DNA of 64,000 bases. Source: a virus. Both the position numbers and the translations under genes were made by a program. Below are positions 15,810-24,163 of this stretch, piece by piece (positions within the stretch are counted from its first letter, which is position 1; each line of letters begins with the position of its first letter). The notes below the pieces were generated by a model. That model ran no database searches. It saw only the letters and a program-made list of their open reading frames with translations, and was not told where the DNA came from. The stretch lies in the IMG/VR virus record IMGVR_UViG_3300025006_000320, one strand, 5' to 3'.

Positions 15810-16508
15810 ATGAGCACTATTACCAGAGAATTCACCAAAGAGCAGTTACAGCAAATTATCGAAACTGACCACGTTCAATGCGGTGAGGCTTCGGCGCTGG
15901 CGCGTATCGCGCTGGCATCGCTCGAAGCGGAGCCTGTGGCTTACTCTCTGATATTCAGAAACATGGACGGCGTGCTGAATGATTATGTGAATGCAAATAC
16001 CACATTTTCAACGATAGAAAAGGCACAGGCATACGGGAGAGGAGGTAACTATGTCAGACAGAATGACGGCTCCATGAAATGGGTTTCTGACCCATCGCTA
16101 GACCCGGTTGTTATTCCGCTATTCACCGCCCCGCCAGCGCCGGTATCTGTGCCTGATGAAGACTTGCTTCACATGGCAGCATCTGCGATAGAAGACCTGC
16201 TCAGTAACAAAGACAGGTCAGGTGCCGGGGTATGGGCTGACGTGCCTGCCAGGTTACGCCGCGCCGCCATGCTTCAGGGTGCCGCTGGCAACTCTCCGGT
16301 GATTCCGGATGGTTGGAAACTGGTGCCGGTTGAGCCGACAGAAGACATGATCGTCAATGGGTTTGAGTCAGAGCCAGATGAGAGCTTTAGCGATGAGAAA
16401 GAGTGGGCAACATACGACGCCATGAGCGGATGCCAGCAGGCTGCGCACCGGGCGAAGTTGTGCTGGGCGGCGATGATAGCGGCGTCACCTGCGTACAAAA
16501 AAAGTTAA
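15810..16508 (+). CDS. Eaa/DUF551-associated mosaic phage protein
   Basis: LARIALASLEAEPVA and GNSPVIPDGWKLVPVEPTEDM segments. Confidence 0.7.
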   Translation: MSTITREFTKEQLQQIIETDHVQCGEASALARIALASLEAEPVAYSLIFRNMDGVLNDYVNANTTFSTIEKAQAYGRGGNYVRQNDGSMKWVSDPSLDPVVIPLFTAPPAPVSVPDEDLLHMAASAIEDLLSNKDRSGAGVWADVPARLRRAAMLQGAAGNSPVIPDGWKLVPVEPTEDMIVNGFESEPDESFSDEKEWATYDAMSGCQQAAHRAKLCWAAMIAASPAYKKS

Positions 16509-16526
16509 TCGTCAAGGCTAAAAAAT

Positions 16527-16559
16527 AGGTATGCGGATTACATCACCGCATGCCTTTTT
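16527..16559 (+). terminator. Terminator in the early right operon
   Basis: AGGTATGCGG-N9-CCGCATGCCT then TTTT. Confidence 0.7.
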
Positions 16560-16601
16560 GCGTTGTATATTAGGGTCTCAATACTCATAGGGGATTAAAT
16601 T

Positions 16602-16841
16602 ATGTTCGTTGAAGTTACTGTGACTCACGTTCTAAACAAGGGTGTTGGTTTCTTTCCTCAGAGCCCGGCATATAAGCTCTATGTCAACGGTGACCATATC
16701 GTCAAACTCGCCAAACAAGAAGACGAGGCATGGACTGTTATGACCTTGTCAGATGGTGTTGTATACGCTATTTCAGAAACTCCATATGCAGTAGCTAATA
16801 AACTAAATGGCGGAGAAGACCGGTCAAAAGTGAGTCTTTGA
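16602..16841 (+). CDS. Accessory 79-aa protein, FlbD-like pattern
   Basis: AT-rich flanks, GGGGA SD, YVN.DHIV...T..TLSDG....ISETP. Confidence 0.6.
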   Translation: MFVEVTVTHVLNKGVGFFPQSPAYKLYVNGDHIVKLAKQEDEAWTVMTLSDGVVYAISETPYAVANKLNGGEDRSKVSL

Positions 16842-16927
16842 TTTCTTAAAATCAATCAGCCATAATCATGTCATCGGAGCCTGAACAACTCCGGTGACTT
16901 CTGCGCATTTAAGGGGACTTAAATGCG
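16838..16927 (+). promoter_or_regulatory. Internal promoter and two-hairpin leader of the nin operon
   Basis: TTGATT-17-CATAAT; 10-bp hairpins at 16870-16898 and 16904-16927. Confidence 0.65.
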
Positions 16928-17018
16928 ACCACAATCTGAACTCCTCACCTTGTCACAGATGCTTAACGGCACCTGCGATTTTCTGCATTCTGCGTTACCT
17001 CTCGGAGGTGGCGCATGA
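16923..17018 (+). CDS. YlcH-like 31-aa leader peptide coupled to ninB
   Basis: MRPQSELLTLSQMLNGTCDFLHSALPLGGGA; ATGA overlap; same position as ylcH in DLP12. Confidence 0.55.
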   Translation: MRPQSELLTLSQMLNGTCDFLHSALPLGGGA

Positions 17019-17452
17019 GTATCAAATTCTACCTGCGTGATGAGCAGGTTCGCCGCAACCTCATCGACTACATCAACAAGCAGCCTGTAAACGCAGATTT
17101 CCCGCTCGTGGTGAGTTTTGCCGACCCTAAGCGCACTCTTCCTCAGAATTCACTGTTCCACGCGCTTTGCGGCGATCTGGCAAAGCATCGCATTCAATGG
17201 GCTGGCTCTGCGTGGTCGCTTCCGTCGTGGAAATCAATTTTGGTTTCCGGTCACTCCATTGCCACTGGAGGGCAGGGGAAGGTTATTGCCGGACTTGAGG
17301 GAGAATTGGTGGCCATTCGCGAAAGCACCTCATCGATGGGGATCAAACGGATGAACAGCCTGATTGAGTACACCCAGGCTTTCGCCGTCAGCCAGAACAT
17401 CCAACTTCGCGATGTCCGTTATCGTGGCGATTACTTTGGGAGGCTTGCATGA
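17015..17452 (+). CDS. ninB: NinB/YbcN-family recombination protein
   Basis: KRTLPQNSLFHA, WK..LVSGH...T, GLEGELV.IRESTSSM...RMNSLIEY. Confidence 0.85.
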   Translation: MSIKFYLRDEQVRRNLIDYINKQPVNADFPLVVSFADPKRTLPQNSLFHALCGDLAKHRIQWAGSAWSLPSWKSILVSGHSIATGGQGKVIAGLEGELVAIRESTSSMGIKRMNSLIEYTQAFAVSQNIQLRDVRYRGDYFGRLA

Positions 17453-17619
17453 ATAACCCTCTCGCACGCGTCATCACAAACGAAATCTTCCGCGTCCCGG
17501 CGCGCCGCCAGCGTAAGCCCGCGGTTAAGCCGTCCGACATCCCGACCTTGAAAGGCTACACCGCCCGCCTGGTGGATCAGAAATGGCTGCGTCTCGCGGC
17601 ACGGAGGGCGCATGGCTAA
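17449..17619 (+). CDS. ninE: NinE-family protein (56 aa, not in track)
   Basis: NEIFRVP.RR.RKP...PSDIPTLKGYTARLVDQKWLRLAARR. Confidence 0.8.
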   Translation: MNNPLARVITNEIFRVPARRQRKPAVKPSDIPTLKGYTARLVDQKWLRLAARRAHG

Positions 17620-17902
17620 TTTATGCAAGGCGGCGCGCGGCCGCGAATGTCAGGTGCGGATCCCCGGCGTATGCAATGGCGACCCTGAAACATCTGTCTT
17701 GGCTCATATCCGCCTGGCGGGTCTATGCGGGACAGGAATCAAGCCGCCTGACCTGATTGCCACCATCGCATGCAGCAGTTGCCACGACGAGATTGATCGC
17801 CGCACCCGTCTGGTCGATGCGGAATATGCAAAAGAGTGCGCGCTGGAAGGCATGGCTCGCACGCAGGTCATCTGGCTTAAAGAGGGGCTCGTAAAAGCAT
17901 GA
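17612..17902 (+). CDS. YbcO/DUF1364 HNH-like protein
   Basis: [14 protein letters not shown]...ETSVLAH.R...ACSSCHD.ID. Confidence 0.85.
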   Translation: MANLCKAARGRECQVRIPGVCNGDPETSVLAHIRLAGLCGTGIKPPDLIATIACSSCHDEIDRRTRLVDAEYAKECALEGMARTQVIWLKEGLVKA

Positions 17903-18261
17903 ATGAATACCGCATTAGCCTCCCATGGCCTCCGAGCAACAACCGCTACTACCGACATAACCGCGGGCGCACGCACATCAGCGCAGAAGGGCAGGCGTAC
18001 CGCGACAGCGTCGCCAAAATCATCAAAGACTCAATGCTGGATATCGGCCTGGCAACGCCAGTGAAAATCCGTATCGAGTGTCACATGCCGGATCGCCGTC
18101 GTCGGGACCTGGACAATCTGCAAAAGGCAGCATTCGACGCGCTGACGAAATCCGGTTTCTGGATCGATGACCAGCAGGTTGATTACTACAGCGTGAAGAG
18201 AATGCCGATCGTCAAAGGCGGCAGGCTTGAACTGACCATCACAGAGCTGGAGGCCGCATGA
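17899..18261 (+). CDS. rusA: RusA Holliday junction resolvase
   Basis: LPWPPS.N.YYR and [13 protein letters not shown]...DAL...DDQQV. Confidence 0.92.
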   Translation: MNEYRISLPWPPSNNRYYRHNRGRTHISAEGQAYRDSVAKIIKDSMLDIGLATPVKIRIECHMPDRRRRDLDNLQKAAFDALTKSGFWIDDQQVDYYSVKRMPIVKGGRLELTITELEAA

Positions 18262-18641
18262 GCACAGAAACCGAAATAGAACTGGGCAAGGTAGTCGCTT
18301 TCCCGTCAAAGAATAAAGACATGCAGGATGGGCTGGTCATTCAGCGAGAAGGCCAAAAGGTCATGTGTCTGCACTCGGCTGTATCGATAAACGGAAAAGA
18401 GCGAACGCTACGCTGCCGGAAATGCGAAACGCTAATCGATCCATTCGACTACCTGATGACGCTCTGCGACCAGGAGTCTCGCTACTGGGAAAACGTTAAG
18501 TATCTTCGCCGCGAGGAAAAACAGCGTCGCCAGAACATCGAGAAGCTCATTCAGATTGAGAAGAACGCCAAGTCCCGCATTCGCCGCGCCGGTGATAAGT
18601 CACCACTTCCTCTCTGGCAGAACGAGAGGGTGGACGAATGA
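18258..18641 (+). CDS. Hypothetical zinc-finger and coiled-coil protein
   Basis: C.H...C..C..IDPFDYL; ATGA overlaps. Confidence 0.7.
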   Translation: MSTETEIELGKVVAFPSKNKDMQDGLVIQREGQKVMCLHSAVSINGKERTLRCRKCETLIDPFDYLMTLCDQESRYWENVKYLRREEKQRRQNIEKLIQIEKNAKSRIRRAGDKSPLPLWQNERVDE

Positions 18642-18754
18642 CACGTGACCAGATTATCCGGTACCAAGCCGAAAGCGTTAAGCGCGCCAACATGCCGCCA
18701 GTAGCAAAGCACAGCCAGACCAAAACCAACCAGCCACAAAAGGAAGCCGCATGA
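18638..18754 (+). CDS. 38-aa hypothetical protein [14 protein letters not shown]...
   Basis: ATGA overlaps with both neighbours. Confidence 0.6.
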   Translation: MTRDQIIRYQAESVKRANMPPVAKHSQTKTNQPQKEAA

Positions 18755-19440
18755 ACAGTCAGCAACTGGAATACGTACGTCAGCAGCTCATTGTGGCGAC
18801 CGCAGATCTGAGCGGGGCGACGAAAGGGCAGCTGGTAGCTTTCGCCGAGAACGCGCAGTTCACTGCGACGGCGCGCAGCCGGGGCCGAAAGAAAATCACC
18901 GATCCGGTCACCGGCCGCAAAGTTAACCCTGATGGACCGGCGATGAGTGGCAGCCAGTCCCGCGCTAAGGGTTCATCCATCGCGCTGGTTGGCCCGGTTG
19001 AGTTCGTAACCGCATCCTGGCGCCGCGCCGTCCTGTCGCTGGAAGACCACCAGAAGGCATGGCTGCTTTGGAACTACAGCGAGAATATCCGGTTCGAGTA
19101 CCAGGTGGCGATAACCCAGTGGGCGTGGGCAGAGTTCCGGGAGCAGCTCGGCGCGAAGAGGGTGGCCGGCAAGACGATGGAGCGTCTGAAAAAGCTTATC
19201 TGGCTGGCGGCGCAGGACGTCAAAGCGGATCTGGCAGGGCGTGAGACGTACGAATATCAGGCGCTGGCAGAACTGGCTGGCGTTGCGAAATCCACTTGGA
19301 CAGAAACCTATCTGCCTCACTGGATGGCTATGCGTAACAGCTTTAAGCGACTCGATAGCGGTGCGCTTATCTCAGTAACGCGATCACGTTCACAACAAAA
19401 GGCGACAAATTCACACGCAACTCTTGCAAAACCGAACTGA
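18751..19440 (+). CDS. Q: Late antiterminator Q (phage 82 type)
   Basis: Position before the late promoter and lysis genes; LEYVR.QL..A..D.SG.TKGQL and ASWRRA...L motifs. Confidence 0.85.
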   Translation: MNSQQLEYVRQQLIVATADLSGATKGQLVAFAENAQFTATARSRGRKKITDPVTGRKVNPDGPAMSGSQSRAKGSSIALVGPVEFVTASWRRAVLSLEDHQKAWLLWNYSENIRFEYQVAITQWAWAEFREQLGAKRVAGKTMERLKKLIWLAAQDVKADLAGRETYEYQALAELAGVAKSTWTETYLPHWMAMRNSFKRLDSGALISVTRSRSQQKATNSHATLAKPN

Positions 19441-19452
19441 AACGCATATATT
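19424..19452 (+). promoter_or_regulatory. Late promoter pR'
   Basis: TTGCAA-17-TATATT at the end of Q. Confidence 0.75.
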
Positions 19453-19503
19453 TCATGTAAATCTGATATCGTCGCCATAGCTTCGTAGGTCGACAAAAAA
19501 TTA

Positions 19504-19534
19504 ACAGCCTCGCCATCGTGCGGGGCTTTTTTAT
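19504..19534 (+). terminator. tR'
   Basis: AGCCTCGC-CATCGT-GCGGGGCT then a T-tract. Confidence 0.8.
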
Positions 19535-19742
19535 TTGCGGTACGCCGCACACAGAACCCACTGCCTGGGACCCTTCGGCCGACGAGCCGACATTGCCTTA
19601 CCCCCATATTGCCCGCCTGTCGCGGGCTTTTTTATTTCAGGCTCCGGGAACCATCCTCGACATGCCTTCTTGTTAAATCGTCCCGAGGGCCTGACCCCTT
19701 TTAAACACACAGCCCCCGCTTTTAAGCCGGAGGTTAGAGACT

Positions 19743-20084
19743 ATGAAAATGCATAACGATCCCCACTCCTGGACGGAGTTTATCGAACTACTCCACAGCT
19801 GGTGGCGTGGCGAAGCGCCGATGGGTGCCGTATTGCTATCGGTTGCCATGGCCGCATTGAGAATCGCTTACGGCGGTGGCGGCTGGAAGAAAATGCTCCT
19901 TGAGGGGGCAATCTGTGGAGCCCTGACCCTTACCGCTGTGTCAGCTCTTGATTACTTCAACCTCCCACAGTCCCTGTCGATCGCTATCGGTGGAGCGCTC
20001 GGGTTTGTTGGAGTAGAGCAGGTTAAGGTTATGGCTTCCAGGGTGTTTAATTCTCGCTTTGGAGGCGGTGATGCAAACCAGTGA
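19743..20084 (+). CDS. Lambda-family holin with Met-Lys-Met dual start
   Basis: Three hydrophobic segments, ATGAAAATG start, GGAGG SD. Confidence 0.85.
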   Translation: MKMHNDPHSWTEFIELLHSWWRGEAPMGAVLLSVAMAALRIAYGGGGWKKMLLEGAICGALTLTAVSALDYFNLPQSLSIAIGGALGFVGVEQVKVMASRVFNSRFGGGDANQ

Positions 20085-20511
20085 TAAAGGCATTGCCCTG
20101 ATCAAGCAGTTCGAAGGCTGCAAGCTCACCGCGTATCAGGATAGCGTCGGAGTGTGGACGATCGGATACGGATGGACTCAGCCTGTCGACGGGAAACCAA
20201 TCCGCGCCGGGATGACGATTAAGCAGGAAACAGCAGAACGTCTGCTGAAGACCGGACTGGTCAGCTACGAAAGCGACGTGTCCCGCCTGGTTAAGGTGGG
20301 GCTGACTCAAGGGCAGTTCGATGCTCTGGTGTCGTTCACGTATAACCTCGGAGCCCGGTCATTATCAACATCGACTCTTCTGCGCAAACTTAACGCTGGT
20401 GATTACACTGGCGCTGCCGAAGAGTTCCTGCGCTGGAATAAAGCCGGTGGCAAAGTCCTGACTGGGCTAACCCGTCGGCGTGAGGCGGAGCGTGCTCTGT
20501 TCATGTCGTGA
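20071..20511 (+). CDS. Endolysin, T4-like lysozyme (GH24)
   Basis: FEGCKLTAYQDSVGVWTIGYG, QFDALVSFTYNLG, GL.RRR.AE. Confidence 0.92.
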   Translation: MQTSDKGIALIKQFEGCKLTAYQDSVGVWTIGYGWTQPVDGKPIRAGMTIKQETAERLLKTGLVSYESDVSRLVKVGLTQGQFDALVSFTYNLGARSLSTSTLLRKLNAGDYTGAAEEFLRWNKAGGKVLTGLTRRREAERALFMS

Positions 20512-21059
20512 TTACCCTTGCTGATATTAAAGCCTCATGGCGTCTGATACTACTGGTGGCCGTCATTGCGGTAGTATCCGGGCTGTGTATCCTACTGGCA
20601 AACAGCCGATCTGACGTCGCTACGCTGAAAAGTGCAAACGACGTTCTGCGCAGTGACAACACCCTGCAGGGGACGGTTATTGCTGCTCAGGCTTTCAGCT
20701 TCAACCGGTTTAACCAAATGGCCGAAAGCGCCAGCCGACTAAATTCACTGATTGATGCCAGCTCCGATAAAACTGTTATCGAATATCGGGAGATCCTCCG
20801 CCGTGAAAAAACCTGTGATCTGCCTGTTCCTGCTGATGTCGCTGGTGGGCTGCTCAGCTACGCGGACAGTTTACGTGCCAGCGCAATGCACGCCGATTCC
20901 GGGAACGCTGACGCAGCCGGTGATAGCGCCACTACCCCCGGCACGCTGACGTATTGCCAGGCCGTTCTCTGGATCAAGCCACTACTGGCAGCCATTGAAA
21001 AAGCGAATAACCAGCTGGCTGGAATACGTGAAATAGAGAAAACCAGAGCCTCGCAATAG
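20508..21059 (+). CDS. Rz: i-spanin
   Basis: N-terminal TM segment, coiled coil, follows the endolysin. Confidence 0.8.
   Translation: MITLADIKASWRLILLVAVIAVVSGLCILLANSRSDVATLKSANDVLRSDNTLQGTVIAAQAFSFNRFNQMAESASRLNSLIDASSDKTVIEYREILRREKTCDLPVPADVAGGLLSYADSLRASAMHADSGNADAAGDSATTPGTLTYCQAVLWIKPLLAAIEKANNQLAGIREIEKTRASQ
20803..20949 (+). CDS. Rz1: Embedded o-spanin lipoprotein (48 aa, GTG start)
   Basis: +1 frame inside Rz; MKK, hydrophobic core, LVGC lipobox, Pro-rich mature part. Confidence 0.8.
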   Translation: MKKPVICLFLLMSLVGCSATRTVYVPAQCTPIPGTLTQPVIAPLPPAR

Positions 21060-21072
21060 CGGGGCTTTTTTA
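21046..21072 (+). terminator. Terminator after the lysis cassette
   Basis: AGCCTCGC-AATA-GCGGGGCT then a T-tract. Confidence 0.75.
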
Positions 21073-21224
21073 TGCCCGAATTTCACCGCGCACCGCAGCG
21101 CATTCAACCCACGTCGAACCATACCCTTTGAAATGAGCCTTTGAGGAAGTCAGTTAGTGCTGGCGAGCCTCGACGGGCTGATTTCCTATGCGGCAAAGGT
21201 TCATCTCAAAGAAAGGTATACGCT

Positions 21225-21749
21225 ATGAATAATCCGTCAGTTATTCCGGCCTTCGACTTCCGCGAAATGGTTTTGCCATCCAACGGAAAGGTCATCACAA
21301 CGTCCATGAAGATCGCCCGCTATTTCGGCAAGGCGCATAAAAACGTTCTTCGCACTATCAAGCGGCTGGAGTCTGATTGCTCCCCTGACTTTAACCGGCT
21401 CAATTTTGAGCCCGTTGAATACCTCGATAAAAAAGGCGAGATGCGCCTGATGTACAACATCACGAAAGATGGCTGGATGATGCTTGTAATGGGTTTCACT
21501 GGAAAGACGGCGACCGCGATTAAAGAGCAATACATCGCCGCCTTTAACTGGATGGCCGAGCAGCTAAACCGACGCATGGCGATGGGTGAAGAAATGCAAC
21601 ATCGCTACGCCATTAAAGAAACGCGCTCAAAGCTGAAAGGCACGATCGGCAGCCGGTTGATGAACGAGCGGAAGAAAGAGAAGCGCGTTCTGGAGCTCGA
21701 GCATGAGCACATCATGCAGGTACCGCAGCCGGAATTACTTATTGGCTGA
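21225..21749 (+). CDS. Rha-family regulatory protein
   Basis: TTS.KIA.YFGK.HKNVLR.I...C...F...NF...Y...KDGW..LVMGFTG..A..IK..YI.AFN.M. Confidence 0.88.
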   Translation: MNNPSVIPAFDFREMVLPSNGKVITTSMKIARYFGKAHKNVLRTIKRLESDCSPDFNRLNFEPVEYLDKKGEMRLMYNITKDGWMMLVMGFTGKTATAIKEQYIAAFNWMAEQLNRRMAMGEEMQHRYAIKETRSKLKGTIGSRLMNERKKEKRVLELEHEHIMQVPQPELLIG

Positions 21750-21811
21750 TCTCGGCATTACAGAAGCCCTTCACTGAGGGGCTTCGATAATGTCAACGTG
21801 AGGTAAGTATT

Positions 21812-22891
21812 ATGGCAAAACCGGACTGGGGAGCACTGCAAGACCAGTTCCTCGCCGAGCATGCCAAAACAGGTATTTCCCCCAAAGACTGGTGCCAGGC
21901 TCAGGGACTGAATTACGCATCTGCGAAACGCTACATCAAAGTAACGTCGTATGGTGCGAAATCGCAGAAAGAAGCTGCGAAAAAAAATGCGAATTCGCAA
22001 AAGGCAGATCATGCGAAAAGGAGTGTAAAGCCAGAGCCTGAGGCGCAAAAAATAACTGCGTCAGAGTGCTCAACGCCTCCTCCTTCAGCGCCAGATGATT
22101 TCGGGCTTTCCGAACAGCAGATGATATTTGCACAGCACGTCGTTGATGGGAAAGCACGAGTAGATGCATATCGTCTGGCTGGGTACAAATGCGACGGCGA
22201 GAACGCTTACTTTGCTGCCAGTCAGATATACAGAAATATACAGGTTAGGCGCTATATTCACGCCATACGAAATGAGCGCCAAAAACGATACGCTGCAGAA
22301 CTCGATGATGTGATCGGTCAGCTGACTGCAATCATCAACGCGGACCCTAACGAAATAGCTCAGTATCGACGCGTTAACTGCCGGTACTGCTGGGGGAACG
22401 AGCACAAATATCAGTGGCGGGATATTGCCGAGCAACTTGCCGCTGAGCGTAAAGCTGAGGCTGACGGCGCGCATCCTCCGGATACATCGGGAGGTATTGG
22501 GTTTGTCGACAACGGCGACCCAAACCCAGAATGCCCGCGCTGCAACGGTGAAGGCGTGGGAGAACCATTCTTTGCCGATACACGGGATCTGGAAGGGGAT
22601 GCTCGCTATTTGCTGCATGGCGTCAAGCTGAGCAAGTTTGGGATAGAGATTCTTACTGCCGACAAAGATGCTGCCCGTCGCGAACTGGCTAAGTTGCTAA
22701 TCGCAAGGGATGGATCAGGAGGAGGCAATAATAATGACCTGTCACGCAAACTTATCGAGCTTGAAATTCGTAAACGCGCAGCGGAAGCAGAGCGCATAGA
22801 ACAGGAAAATGCCTCTAAGAAAGCACCTGGCAAGCCGGGTGAAAAGCCAACGATAGTTATCAACCTTGTGAATTCACCAGATGCCGAATGA
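21812..22891 (+). CDS. terS: Terminase small subunit with zinc-finger insertion
   Basis: MAKPDW HTH, LSEQQ..FA..V...AY..AGY, CRYCWG...CPRC.GEG; precedes TerL. Confidence 0.8.
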   Translation: MAKPDWGALQDQFLAEHAKTGISPKDWCQAQGLNYASAKRYIKVTSYGAKSQKEAAKKNANSQKADHAKRSVKPEPEAQKITASECSTPPPSAPDDFGLSEQQMIFAQHVVDGKARVDAYRLAGYKCDGENAYFAASQIYRNIQVRRYIHAIRNERQKRYAAELDDVIGQLTAIINADPNEIAQYRRVNCRYCWGNEHKYQWRDIAEQLAAERKAEADGAHPPDTSGGIGFVDNGDPNPECPRCNGEGVGEPFFADTRDLEGDARYLLHGVKLSKFGIEILTADKDAARRELAKLLIARDGSGGGNNNDLSRKLIELEIRKRAAEAERIEQENASKKAPGKPGEKPTIVINLVNSPDAE

Positions 22892-24152
22892 ATACACTAT
22901 TGAGTTTTTGCCTTTCCATGAAGGGCAAAAGAAGATTCATCGGTCAAAGGCTAAGAGGAAGGTAATTCGCGCTGGCCGACGTTTTGGTAAAACCACCATG
23001 CTGGAACAGGCGGGTGGGAACTGGGCGGCTAAGCAGATGCGCGTCGGCTGGTTCGCTCCATCGTATAAAATCCTGCTGCCGTCCTTTAAGGCTATCCGTG
23101 ACCTTTTAAAACCAATCACTACCAGCTCGAGCAAGACAGACTCAATTATTGAGACTATCGGCGGCGGATTGGTTGAGTTCTGGACTCTCGATAACCCAGA
23201 TGCAGGTCGTTCCCGTAAATATCACAAAGTTATCATTGACGAGGGGAGCCTCGTTAAAAAGGGTATGCGTGATATCTGGGAGCAGGCGATAGAGCCAACG
23301 CTACTTGACTATGACGGTGATGCTGTCATGGCTGGCACGCCAAAGGGTGTGGATGATGAGAACTTTTTCTATCAGGCCTGTAACGATAAGGATATGGGTT
23401 GGGAGGAACATCATGCACCAACGGCAGCCAACCCAACCATTAACCCTGAGGCGCTGGCGAGAATCATCGAAGGTCGCCCTCCGATGGTTGTCCAGCAGGA
23501 ATACAACGCCGAGTTCGTAGACTGGCGCGGGCAAAACTTCTTCAAGCTCGACTGGCTTCTGGAGAATGGCGAGCCAGTTGATTATCCATATTCATGCGAC
23601 ACTGTTTATGGGGTTGTCGACTGTGCGCAAAAAGGACAACTGCATAACGATGGATCGGCGTGCATTTGGTTTGCCCTGATCAACGTACCAACGCCCCACC
23701 TCGTGATACTCGACTGGGACATCATCCAGATAGATGGATATTTCCTGAAAGATATAGTTCCTCAGTGGATCGGCAAAGCAAGACAGCTAAGCGAAATATG
23801 CCTTGCGAGAATGGGATGCACCGGTTTGTTTATCGAAGATAAGGCAACTGGCATCACGTTACTTCAACAGGGTTCCAATGAGGGATGGAACGTTCACCCG
23901 ATTGATGGGGATTTAACGTCCCTTCCTAAAGAGTCACGAGCCATCAATATCTCTGGTTATGTTGCATCGGGGAAGGTTCGAATTTCCAAGTATGCATTTG
24001 AAAAAATAACCGAATACAAACAGTCAAAGAAAAATCACCTGTTATTCCAGGTCCTGAAATTCATCATTGGTGAAGAGGACCAGGATGATGATCTTTTCGA
24101 CTGTTTCAACTATGGCGTTGCTATCGGGCTCGGTAACGGCGACGGCTTCTGA
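22881..24152 (+). CDS. terL: Terminase large subunit
   Basis: GRRFGKT Walker A, VIIDE Walker B, acidic nuclease motifs VVDCA and DDLFD. Confidence 0.9.
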   Translation: MPNEYTIEFLPFHEGQKKIHRSKAKRKVIRAGRRFGKTTMLEQAGGNWAAKQMRVGWFAPSYKILLPSFKAIRDLLKPITTSSSKTDSIIETIGGGLVEFWTLDNPDAGRSRKYHKVIIDEGSLVKKGMRDIWEQAIEPTLLDYDGDAVMAGTPKGVDDENFFYQACNDKDMGWEEHHAPTAANPTINPEALARIIEGRPPMVVQQEYNAEFVDWRGQNFFKLDWLLENGEPVDYPYSCDTVYGVVDCAQKGQLHNDGSACIWFALINVPTPHLVILDWDIIQIDGYFLKDIVPQWIGKARQLSEICLARMGCTGLFIEDKATGITLLQQGSNEGWNVHPIDGDLTSLPKESRAINISGYVASGKVRISKYAFEKITEYKQSKKNHLLFQVLKFIIGEEDQDDDLFDCFNYGVAIGLGNGDGF

Positions 24153-24163
24153 CGAGAGAACCA

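Larger units (their letters stand above)
1..17687. repeat. First copy of a 17,687-bp direct repeat (genome unit length 46,313 bp)
   Basis: Sequence at 1 (ctctgatactcatcagaag) recurs at 46314; every ORF in the track recurs at +46313 with an identical translation. Confidence 0.97.
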
